Of a stretch of 64,000 nucleotides of DNA, positions 12,970 through 24,800 are shown in pieces. How positions within the stretch are numbered: position 1 is the first letter of the stretch; each line of letters begins with the position of its first letter. The notes beneath the pieces were generated by a model. That model had not been told where the DNA came from, did not search any database, and saw only the letters and a program-made list of their open reading frames with translations. Origin of the DNA: Macrostomum lignano (Eukaryota); the NCBI GenBank assembly GCA_002269645.1, contig NIVC01002341.1, positions 62,001-126,000 on the forward strand. Reading direction: 5' to 3'. The translations under genes were made by a program, and so were the position numbers.

Positions 12970-15900
12970 ATGGGCAACCAAGCCACATCAAGCCAGTCGC
13001 AGCAACAGCAGCAGCCTCAGACGCCGCCAAAGCAGCTGCAAACACGCCAGCCCGTGAAGCGAAATGAGCGTCAGTTGAAGAAGCCCAACTGGCTGTCCGG
13101 AGGAAAATCCCGTCAGTCTGGCGCCACCAGTGCAGCAGCAGCAACAGCAGCAGCCTCTGGGACACCTAAGATGAGCAACGGCAGCAATGGGAAAGCGAAG
13201 ACGGCGGAGCCTGCTGTGGTGACCGGCGCCAGCACTGCCGGCAAGGAGAGGCAGACGCAGCCGCCGAAGACTCTAACGCAGGAGACGAGCCGGGAGACAG
13301 AGGCCAGAGTCGTGGTGGCAGAGCTGACCCCAACGCCGGACTCTGCTAATCGCACCTGGTCCGAGGACGTCTCGCTGCCACCGCCAACGCAGGAGAGTCA
13401 GCCTGTTGATGCCAAGGAGGCCAAGACTGTCCCGGGCCATCGTCAGCGAGACAGCGGCATCTCCCAGCTGAGCACCGAAGAGTTTGAGCGCGCTTTCGAA
13501 GAGCTGGCATCTCGCTGCGAAGAAGACCGGCGTCATCGGTCGGCGTCGCCCGAGCCGGCCACCTCTCCGCCAGAGGAGCGCCACGAACTTCTGGGCCCGC
13601 GGCTGCGTCCGCAGCGGTCGCCAACAATGCGACACCAGGCCCGGGGAGCCGCTGATGCTGCCGCAGCGGCCATCGTGGCTACTGAGGAGCAGCTTCTGCT
13701 TCGTCAGGAGCTGCTGATGACGCCCTCCAGCTTAGCCAACGATTCCGGCCGACACTCCGCCTGCAGCGTCATCAACGATGATCACCTGTTTCCGGACGCC
13801 GTGACACCCTGCAAGGTGGACAGCGGACTCCTGAACGACTACGACGTGCCCTACATGGACGACGAGACATTCTTCGTCTTAGACGACTGGTACATCACGG
13901 ACGACAGCCGGTGGTCCTACTTGCGCAGATCTGAAGCGCCTCAGTTGGCCAGCTTCGAGGACTGTCAGCTGACCGTCTCAGGTGAGATATTGTACTGTGT
14001 AACATTATTGCTTAATTTACATGAATCTGTCCTACTATTGATATTTTATCGCAGTTTTATCGGTTAAAAAGTCACAGGGAATCTTCCATAAAATATTACG
14101 CTGAATCTCACAAATCCTACATCGAATCTCTTTGTTACTTGTTAATCTTTGGGGCGAGTTGTTGCGTAAAGTCAAAGCGTGTGTTCCTTCTACATAGAAA
14201 TTGGTTCCCTCGCACCCAGCAGTCTGTTGCTTTGGCCCGAATATGGAGGAAAGATGGAAGGAAAGCGGAAAAAGGTTAAAGTGAGCGAAAATCCCGTCTA
14301 TGGCCGTTAATCTTTCAATCCTCGACGCCGCTGGGTAAAAAGCGCTAACTTCTTACCTCCCACCAAACGATTCCCCTTGCAAGAAAGATATCTACTGCAG
14401 GTCAAGCTAGAGTGTAGAAAGCAAGGATCTGGGGAAGCAGTGATAGCAGATATGGGGTTTGCAGCTTCGATAGATGCTCGCAAGATGCAGGCAGAAGGGA
14501 TCTAGCAGGGGACCGCTAGCTTGCGCTGTATAGTATAAGTATCATAAATGGACAGAAGGATACTACACTAGATTTCTGTAGCTAGTTCACGAAATTTTTA
14601 CTTGTGTGTTATCTCAACGACTGCCTCTTGAGCCTTGGCATCTCAGCAACTCCCCTATATGAGCCTTGGCATCTCAGCAACTCCCTCTTGAGCCTTGGCA
14701 TCTCAGCAACTCCCCTATATGAGCCTTGGCATCTCAGCAACTCCCTCTTGAGCCTTGGCATCTCAGCAACTCCCCTATATGAGCCTTGGCATCTCAGCAA
14801 CTCCCTCTTGAGCCTTGGCATCTCAGCAACTCCCTCTTGAGTCTTGGGATCCCAGCAACTCCCTTATGAGCCTTGGCATCTCAAAAAATCCCCCTGTGAG
14901 CCTTGGCATCTCAGCAACTCCCTCTTGAGTCTTGGGATCCCAGCAACTCCCTCTGTGAACCTTGGCATCTCAAAAACTCCCTCTTGAGCTTTGGCATTTT
15001 TTACATCAGATTAAATACAAAATGTAAAGCCGGTTAATTAAAAGATTATTCTCCTGCAGCAAATTGTCAACACCGCTAGCTGTTTTCAACTCTAGTTTTC
15101 ACCACTTAAAAATGTCTTTCTTCACTTTCGAAACGGAATGCTTGGAGGAGCTCGCATGCTTCTATTTTTAGCTTCCTTTTGAGTATTGCTTTTTTATATT
15201 ATCAAGTTGAGTTCTTTAGAAAAATTTAAAGAGGCTACTTTTTGCCTTTTGCATTTTTAACTTTTAATTTTTTAACTAATGGGTAGGTAAAAGTACACGT
15301 GTCCTGAAAAATTATTCCGCCAATTAAACAAAAACTACATGTACATCTAGTTTCTGAATTTTTCTTATCTTTGCATGGATTAATGTCATCTACTACATTT
15401 AACTGTATCTCAATCTATCTACCTTCATCTCACCGCCTCTATCCCCATCTCCCCGCCTCCATCCCATCTCCCCGCCCCCATCCCATCTCCCCGCCTCCAT
15501 CCCATCTCCCCGCCTCCATCCCATCTCCCCGCCTCCATCCCATCTCCCCGCCTCCATCCCCATCTCCCCGCCCCCATCCCATCTCCCCGCCCCCATCCCA
15601 TCTCCCCGCCCCCATCCCATCTCCCCGCCCCCATCCCATCTCCCCGCCTCCATCCCATCTCCCCGCCCCCATCCCATCTCCCCGCCCCCATCCCATCTCC
15701 CCGCCCCCATCCCATCTCCCCGCCCCCATCCCATCTCCCCGCCTCCATCCCATCTCCCCGCCCCCATCCCATCTCTCCGCCTCCATCCCCATCTCCCCGC
15801 CTCTATCCCCATCTCCCCGCATCTATCACCATCTCCCCCGCATCTATCCCCGTATCCCCGCATCTATCACCATCTCCCCCGCATCTATCCCATCTCCCCG

Positions 15901-18296
15901 CATCTATCCCCATCTCCCCGCCCCCATCCCATCTCCCCGCCCCCATCCCATCTCCCCGCCCCCATCCCATCTCCCCGCATCTATCCCCATCTCCCCGCAT
16001 CCCTCCCCATCTCCCCGCATCTATCCCCATCTCCCCGCATCTATCCTCCTCTCCATGCATTTATCCCCATCTCCCCCGCATCTATTCCCGTCTCCCCGCA
16101 TCTATTCCCGTCTCCCCGCATCTATCTTCATCTTCCTGCATCTACGAGTATCTTAATCTCCCCGCCTCATCCCTATCTCCACATTTATCTCCATCTCCTC
16201 GCCTCGATTCCCATAATTTTATCTCCCACTTTAGCAACTGAGCTTCCGTACAAGGGAAAGTCATTTCACTTTCATATTGAGAGAATTATCGTTATATTGT
16301 CATGCGGTGAATCCTACTGACCGGCATTTGGGATTTGAATCGCGCAAAGGTGAGGGATTTAGCTTCAAGCCGGGGGCCATAAGCTCCCAGATTGGCACTC
16401 TGTTTATTCCCCATTTTTCATCCCCTCCTCCGTCGGGGTCGGGGTTCCCTCTTACGATTCACCCCAGGCAGACAGGCCTTATCAACGCAGCACAGCAGAG
16501 TAGTCTTTCAGCTGCCTCTTCTCTCCCTTCTGATTAGCCCGCTTTTTTGCGTATATTCCAGCTGCCTCCCGCACTGAATTGCATCGGTGCTAAATTATTT
16601 GGTAGGGTCGGGTCTTCGTTGGGGTTGAATATTTCCTAGCTGGTATATCTATATCGCTTAGTGTGTACCCCTGGTTAAGCTGTCGGCGCACAAGCGACTG
16701 CCCTTTTGCAGACCGGTTCCACGATTTTGTTTGCATGGCAATGCTTTAATTTTGGAGGGTGGGGCGTAGCCCAGTAGTCTGGGCCGGCGCTCTGATGTGC
16801 TAGCGGCCCAGGCTCGATTCCAAGTGCAGTCACATTAATTTGAGGCTAAATTGGAATCTCGGCTTGGCTCTGCTCGTGCAATTAACATTTTTTTCTCCGG
16901 CTTTTAAGTTGACGATGGCATAATAAAATTATATATACTGTCTGTATGAACGTCATGTTTCTAAAAAAAGAAACAAATAAATTATTTCACTCCTTTCTGT
17001 ACGTTTATGTAAACATCATAAAAGTATTTACATGCAGTATACTATCGTATACTATACTATTGCAATCGTGAAGGACACTTGGCTGTTTCTAAAAATAGAT
17101 CAATCGATAACTTTCAGTACCTCAAAATGTGCATCCCTTTATACTAAGCCATGATGAATATACTTCAAAAATGGAGGCTGTTGCAAGTTAACAAGTTGTA
17201 ATGCAAAAATTAATGCTTTTTATATACGTCTTTGTAGTTGGATTCGAGTCAACTACATTTAGGTTATATCTACATCTTAGTTGCCATCAATTACATTCGT
17301 TAGGTTTATTTTATTGTATCTTATTATTTATCAAATTTTCTGGATTTGAAGCATATTGGGCCATAGATAGGAAATAATTGTCTTCAAGATTTAAAAGACT
17401 CATTTAAGATGACGCCCAGATGTGCTATGATTAAAAATCGATACCCGTGACCTGAGACAATCGGGGGTTACAAGATCTTTGTAACGCACAAGTACATCAT
17501 TGCCGTTGTCATGGAGCTTCAAGAGCATCCACATGCATTCTTTTCTTCATGCATGACTTCACGGAAAGCCTCTGTATTAGACGCCACCTAGAAAACCGTC
17601 TTGGGAAAAAGGTTGTTATAACAAGAACAGCAATTCTCTAGTAATTGCATTAGAAAAATGTAAACATAATACACTCGTATAGTAGTTATTTTAATGCAAG
17701 AAAAGCTTAGAAGCCAGAGACAGAGACAGACAGGACAGGGGACGAGGGTTAGACTTGCTTTTGTCTTGTAGTTTTTTTTCAGTTTTACACTTTTATTTCC
17801 ATATTTGGCTTGTTAAATTTCTGCTCAGGGGGAATTGCAAACATTAGAAAAATTTCGCGTATCGGTGCGTGGGCAGTATCGGTATTGATTTTGTTTCGAT
17901 CGATCTCACTGATCCGATTATGATTGTCGCATGTTACTCGTAACCTGAGAAGTATTTAGCTTTCTGGCTTGGCACTTAAATTATTTTCTCATTTTAAAAA
18001 CAAAATCTAAATCATTTAAAATTTTATTACTCAAGTACAAGCGGGGGTTACTCAAGTGTCCAAGTTAGAATTTTGTGACTCTATACTTATTTAATTAAGA
18101 TCTATACTCAAATTAGATTATATTCCCTTTTAATTGACTGTAGTTCCACTAAATGACATCCGGTCAGTAGTCTTAATTCACTGGATTTACCCCGCTTTGC
18201 CACGCAGGTCCCACTAGTCCAAAGGCGATGCCGCATGGGATTCACAGAGGACGCCTGTTTGGCCTGTGCTTTGGCCTAAAGAAATCTCGGGCATGA
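12970..18296 (+). CDS. Uncharacterised low-complexity protein; large exon 12970-13981, probable last exon 18208-18296
   Basis: ATG ORF with coding-like GC bias, Q/A runs and donor TCAG|GTGAGA at 13981 (phase 1). An acceptor CACGCAG| at 18207 continues in frame (GPTSPKAMPHGIHRGRLFGLCFGLKKSRA-stop). The second exon is tentative. Confidence 0.55.
14628..14995. repeat. 29/31-bp minisatellite with 60-bp dimeric higher-order unit
   Basis: GAGCCTTGGCATCTCAGCAACTCCC followed alternately by CTATAT or TCTT. Confidence 0.9.
15420..16140. repeat. C-rich 19-bp minisatellite (CCCCATCCCATCTCCCCGC)n with degenerate flanks
   Basis: Direct reading; strong C/G strand skew. Confidence 0.9.
16760..16834 (+). 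mobile_element. tRNA-derived SINE head / tRNA pseudogene fragment
   Basis: A-box-like TAGCCCAGTAG and B-box-like GGCTCGATTCC at tRNA spacing; no clean cloverleaf. Confidence 0.45.
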
Positions 18297-21070
18297 GCCA
18301 CTGCACTGCGCTATACAGACTACTGGCGTACAAGACGATAAGTAGGGTGATGCAAACTTAGACTGAAAAAGCTTTTTGCTTTTTATTTTGTTTATTTATC
18401 GATGTAAGAGTAACTTACTTACATCGATTTTTTGACTCTGATGCAGCACGCACACTTTACCTGACATTGTATTTCTTTTGTTTTTTTGAAAACATGAGCG
18501 TCTGATTCTTCTTTGTCATTTTGTCATTCCTAATTGCTGACCATATTCAAGGCATTATGTACGGATTTATTCTTGTGTGTGCATCAAAAATGCAATTTTC
18601 ATGACGACGCAATTATTATTACTAAATACTATAACTTACGTTTTTTTCGCACCATTTCAAATGGCTAATAGTCACTGTTGAATCGATGTGTAGTGAAACA
18701 TCCATGACGAGTCAATCATCGAATAGTCATTGTCCAAGACAGTTGAATATCGTACTTTATTGCGCTGCTTTGAAGCTCTGCGCATGCCCTCTAAATGTCG
18801 CATTCTCCTCCTCCGTCGTCTGTACAGTTTGTTAAACTTTTGAACCGAGTTTTTTTGTTTTAATTCAATCCGTTATTTTAGAATGCCATGTTGGAGGCGT
18901 CTTCCATGGCCTTAATAAGATCCTCTCAAATCCCGGCTTTATAATTTTGTTTTTTTTCTAACTCCCCTTGGTTTGTTATTACAGGTTCCGTGACCTTAAC
19001 AGGTTTTGTTTGTTCCTTATTGTTTGTGTTTCTCGCTTTTAACCCTTTTTGAAATTTGGCATGTGCATGCAATTTGATAAGATAATATCACGATTGTTGG
19101 CCCCCGATGACACCGAAAGACCTTGAGATATCAATTCAATATCAGTTCCCGCTTCATGCACGTGTTTCTATCTGTCATGATTTGACCCGGAGGTAAGCAA
19201 TTTTTTTATTTAACAACTATTATAGCCTTAATTGTCACCTCACCCCTCGCAACTCGTAAAATGCCTATCATTCCGCTCCAAAGCTACGACATGGCAACTA
19301 AAATCTATTTAAATCGCTTTAGCTACAGACATTGCGCATCAATTATCAAAGTCCTAGCTGAAGGCAACTTAATTTATCCCGACTAAAATAACTTTTACAC
19401 GAGGAAGGTATATGTTAATGCCCTATTATATTGGCTCTTAATAATCTATGCATGTCTTAAAACTTTTGGTCCTACCAAAGTTTGTTTACCCCCAGTTTCC
19501 TGATACTCTAGCAGGCAAGCAGTTAAAAATGTTTTTTCACCAACAGAGGCCATTTATGTATTTAAATATTTAAATAAGTTTAAATTCAATATAGTTTCAT
19601 GATTTTCCTGCTATTCGGAGTGGAAAACTTTTCGGTCCGTTGTCGGCAATTTTTGAGTCGCTTGTCAGAGCTCCCCGGAAATCTCTTTTTCCGGGGTTCG
19701 GCGCCTCCTTTTGACTCCCGCCGTTTCGCTGTCGGTGTTTCGCCCCGACTGGCGACGGATCGCGGAGTGAGGAGGCGCGCTGCTAGCTGGACTCTTGCCT
19801 GCCGCACGCGATCGAGGGAATTCGCTTCGGGCAGAGATTTATTGTACATTTTTATAAGATCGTTGCAAAGGAAGTCAAAAAATGAAGCCGCGTAGGTAAT
19901 GGCTGAGTGGTGGTAAGAATTATTTTTGACTGCTTCACATCGAAATAATTAATTAAATTTCAGTTTGACTTTGTCTCCAGATGTATATTTAATTTTTCAG
20001 TGTATAAATGCTCATTACTACTAATCAAAAATACTTCTTTATCGTTTAAATTTGTTTCAAAGAACTGTATATTAATTTGTTTAACTCATGGGTGTTATGC
20101 TATTTGTGAGAAATCGGTTTTTGTTTTTCTTTAGTTTCTTTTTTGGCGCCATTTTGAGTTGATTGTTTTTTCGTTCTAAACGCGTGTTTAATGCCTGTAA
20201 ATTTAACTTATTGACTGATATTCACTGTAATATGGCACATCAAAAAGCCTTTTACATTAATGTTTTTCCCTAAAACTATAGACGTTCTGCTTCTTCCAGT
20301 GTCGTCCTGAATAAAGTTCTCAATGCGTAGCGGTCCAATTAAGAAAGAAATATCAGTCAAGAAATTGTTATCATGCAACTTTTGTAGCAGTGCAGTCGTT
20401 TGCTATTCAGTTTTGATGCACGAGCGTGTGTTCAAACATCAACGGAACGAACACACGTATAATAAATTAGTGTGCAATTATGTTACAAAGCAAGAAATTT
20501 TATAATTCAGTAATTTTTTTCGGCAGTTTTTTATTCCGTTTTTTATTTATCGAAGCTTACTTAGTTTCAACGTTAAACGTTTGCATAGCAGCCAAAGTTG
20601 AAGCTTTCAAACATGAAAGATATTTACTGAACCATACTGCCTATAATCAATGTAGTCATTATCGCCTAGTTGGTAGGTCGTAGTAAGCAGAAAAATATCG
20701 TACTGTATTTTTACCGTAGAACGTTGTATTCTTACTTTTTTGGATATATTTTACTGTAGTACCTCTTTTAATACAGCCTTATACAGTCCTTATCTTCTGT
20801 AGGTTACAATCAAAGTTAGTTGCATCAATGCCCAGGGTATATATTACGCATATTAGTCTTATAGGGCCAGCTAGAAACACAGATAAGAACAACTAATACC
20901 GCCCATATATCAATGCAAGACACCTGTGCTCTGCGCCATTTTTCTCTCATGCTCGAGAAGCCACGAGCAGAATTTTCAATAAGCCTGCTCAAGGCAAGGA
21001 AAGCAGTCTGCCGAGTTTTAAAACAAAAACATTCTGCAATCAAACGCCTGTCGTAGGAGCTTGACCTGAA

Positions 21071-22888
21071 ATGCCCGGCGGTGAAACTGTGACTTCTTCG
21101 TCAGTGGTGACGGCAGCTGCTGTTGCAGCAACCGCAGTCGGGTTATTAAGCGCCTCTCGACTGGTACGTCGTTGGCGGCGTTCGCGACATCTGTCCGCGC
21201 TTCGCTCTCGTCTCCAGGCAGCCTATCGAGAGGCAAAGACTCGCTTTGGCGAGCACATTAACGAGGAGGTGCGTCGACAGCAGCTGACAGACAGTGAGAA
21301 GTCGGAAATTTTGAGTCTAAGCACCGGCGAGCTACTGAGTCGGCTGCGAGCCAAGTCACTGGATCCCGCACGCGTTCTACTTGCTTACCAGGCAAGAGCT
21401 TACGAAGTTGACCGCGACCTGAACTGCGTCATCGAGTTCTTGCAGCCGGACCTGGCCGAAGTCAATCTAGACGGCCCACTCGCAGGTCTACCAATCAGCA
21501 TCAAGGAGAGCATGGCTGTAAAGGGTAAATACAGCTGCTTTGGACTGGCGGCCTTTGCTGAGAAACCATTGCCAACGGAGGACTGTTCCACGGTGAAAAT
21601 CCTGCGAGCCCTAGGTGGTGTGCCTTTTGTCCGCACCAGCGTGCCTCAGACGATGATGAGTGTACTCAGCCACAACCCTATCGAGGGAGCGGTGAAGCAC
21701 CCAACAGCAGAGAATAGGTCACCTGGTGGCAGCAGCTCCGGTGAAGCGGCGTTGATTGCCGCTGGCGGTTCACCGTTAGGCCTCGGCTCCGACATTGGAG
21801 GCAGCATTCGTCTGCCTGCGGCATGGTGCGGCATCGCCGGATTCAAGCCGACTAGTGGGCGACTGTCGCGTCAGGGACAGCGTAGTGTCAGCGTTCAGAA
21901 ACTTGTGCCAGCGTCTTGGGGCCCGATGGGACCGGATGTTGCTTCGCTTGCGACCTTCATGAAGGCCTTCTGCAACAGCGAATTGCACGATCAAATTGAT
22001 CCGGGCGTCCCGCCGCTGGGCTTCAATGAGACCATCTATGTTGAGTCGCGTCCCCTTCGAATTGGATTCTACTTGTACGATCACCAGTTCCAGGCAGTAC
22101 CGAGCGCTGAACGGGCTGTGAAAGAAACAGTTGATCGACTGGCAAGTCGGGGCCATACAATGGTACCTTGGGACCCGCCAATTCGTCGACTAAACCTGAT
22201 GGAGACCTACCTGCGCGCTGTGACCTGCGATGGCGCCGGCATACTTGATGATGCTTTGAACGGTGATCGAGTATCATACGCTGTCAAGCTAGGACTGCAC
22301 GCGATTCAAGTAGGCTTCGATTTTGTAGGTCTTGAACAGCACCTCATGCACTTTTTCATGACTACCCGCTGTTCATTTACAGGTACCTTGGCCAGGTAGA
22401 TGGGTCCGTCAGCGATGGTGCCGTTTGACAGGTGACTCTGAGACCGAAGAATGGCTCAGGTCGAGCGTCCCAATGCCCAACGTGTTGAGCATGTGGTACT
22501 TCAACCAAGAGGTGACCAGTTTACGCGAGGAATTCACGCACCGCTGGCGAGAAGATAAACTCGACGCTATTATTTGTCCAGCGCTCGGCTGTCCAGCAGT
22601 TGATTTGGAGCCGAAGTCACCATTCAACGGCTGTTTAAGCTATCTGGTACTTTACAACTTGTTTAACTTCCCCGCTGGCAGCGTGCCAGTTACCAGGGTG
22701 ACCGCAAGCGACGTAGCAGCGATGTCGAACTACCCGCTGGCAGGTCGGTTAGTCATGCGACAGTAGCGCGCATGCAGGCTGGCAGCGAAGGCCTGCCGGT
22801 GAGCGTTCAGTGCGCGGCTCTGCCTTGGCGGGACGAGGCCTGCCTGAGTCTTATGCGCGAGGTCGAGGCCGCTTGGCGCGACAAGTAG
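21071..22888 (+). CDS. FAAH: Fatty acid amide hydrolase-like amidase (amidase signature family); 2 exons, with a 1-nt frameshift near 22745
   Basis: Catalytic motifs PISIKES (Lys), GGSSSGE (cis-Ser), GSDIGGSIR (Ser). N-terminal hydrophobic anchor. Intron 22310-22382. Exon 2 has YNLFNFPAGSVPV; the conserved C-terminus GLPVSVQCAALPWRDEACLSLMREVE lies in the -1 frame. Confidence 0.9.
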
Positions 22889-24800
22889 TTGTAGTTGTGG
22901 TTTAGTAACGGAACTGAGTTGAGCGTAAAACAATTAAGGGGACTGACGAGCTCTTGAACATATAATCTGATAAAAGTGAAAGCAATAACTGAGTGCCGAA
23001 CTGAGTGAATAAACTACATGTGCGCTCGTATATTTTACAGCATGAAATGAAAACAACTGACAACCATAGGCTCGTATTTTTGTTCATTTTTCAAACGGAA
23101 GTGGCTTTTTCTGAAGCTGTTTCTCGATTTAAACAATAAGCAGTTTTTTCAATTTGCTTGCTTCAATTCGAATGCCTCTCAGGTGGGCTACTGCCTACTG
23201 CGCAGACTGATGCTGCAGCCGATAATACGTCAGCCAATTCGTCAGTGTAGAATAATTTCCCAATCAACAAACCTCGAACGATGAAAAATCCCCTAACAAA
23301 CGCGATTTCGTCAGGTGTATTCTGTCAGCAGATTTGTCCACGAAAGCAGACTGAATGGCCTTGGAAGTATGCTGGAATTGAATTGAACAGCACGGTTTCC
23401 AAATGAAACGTTTACATATGAATTCTGTCTACAAATGGATTTTTATAAAAATTGGAAGGATTTAGAAACCTAGAAGGACTTTAAAAAAGGTTCATTTATG
23501 GTTTTTTGGTACCATCGAAAAAGGGAACGGAACTTTAAAATTCCTCATAATCTATAAAAATAATTTCACAACCTAAATTTTTAACGTTAAGGAAAAAGCT
23601 TGCTTGTGAAATTTTATGCTTTCTATGTTCTGATTTAGGTTCAGAAAGCCAAATTTCGTTAAAAAATTCGTAAAATACGTAGGATTTTTCAGTTGATCAA
23701 AAGGACAGATCGACCTTTACGACCTTTACGTAACGACATCATACGTCGGCTGATTAACTTCGGTGATTTGTAAAAGTACATATCTGTCATGGACGTCGAT
23801 AGTTTTGTGTTTGATCCGATAGACAGGTGCACAAGTTTGCCGATCATATTTGATGTTGGAAGAATACTACTATACATAGGCTGGCAGGACAGCCCAAAAT
23901 TAAATCAGTATCGTAGAAAATGAAACTCGAACACTTCTCTAGAGGCCACGCAGTGTAATTTCAATTTAGTACTTCCTCTACTCAATTGGATAATTCTCTA
24001 GAGTATTTAAAAACCCGTAAAAGTTTTTAGTTTCAGGAGAATTCCCTTTGGGCCTTCCTACATGCTTAGAGGGACCAGTGCATACTGCCAGAAGTGAATC
24101 CTCACTGCAGACATGCGAAGCCAATGTGAGTAATAAAAAACTGTGCAACTAGGGGCTCGATTCCAATTTTCGAATGGCACGGCTGTGGACTAATCCGTTG
24201 CCCTCACTCGTTCGATCGACCGACTGTGCACTACAATTCGGTTTCGAAAAAGTCCGGAAAGAAGCCTGCGAGAAAGTTGGCTGGCAGCCCAATTTTCTCC
24301 ACTGCCCTGATGGGAGTTTTCGGCCGCGAGAGGAACCTTTCACTGAGGTGGGGGAGGAGCTTGAAAAGTTGCAACCAACGGCTAGGAAAAAGCTTTTCGT
24401 ACAACGCCGGCAGCGTTCTTGTTGTCGAAAGATTTCGCTGATTTTACAGTCTTTCCGAATCGAAGGAAGCTAAAGCAGGTATGTTAGATAGGCAACCAAC
24501 ATGGGAAAAGTTCTGGACCCAAACCCACGACCCCCCGCCGTGCAGCTTGATGGTTGAGCGAAAAAAATAACATAGCCATGGCTCCGCCCTGCTTATTAGC
24601 TCACGAAAAGCCAGCCCGTAAGGTGATGAACTTCGACTGCAGCAAATCAAAGCACTGCGCGAACTTTCATTGGCTTCCATCAGCCCGAAGCTACAGCCAA
24701 GAACATTGATATACTTCTGCTATTTGCAAAAGCTCTTGCCCACAAAGACTAAGTCGATCTGAATTAACTCTGGAAGTAACTCGATATCATAAGGTCAGCC

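Noticed and set aside
23180-24700. Short open frames between FAAH and ENaC
   Set aside because: No consistent splice chain or homology could be established.
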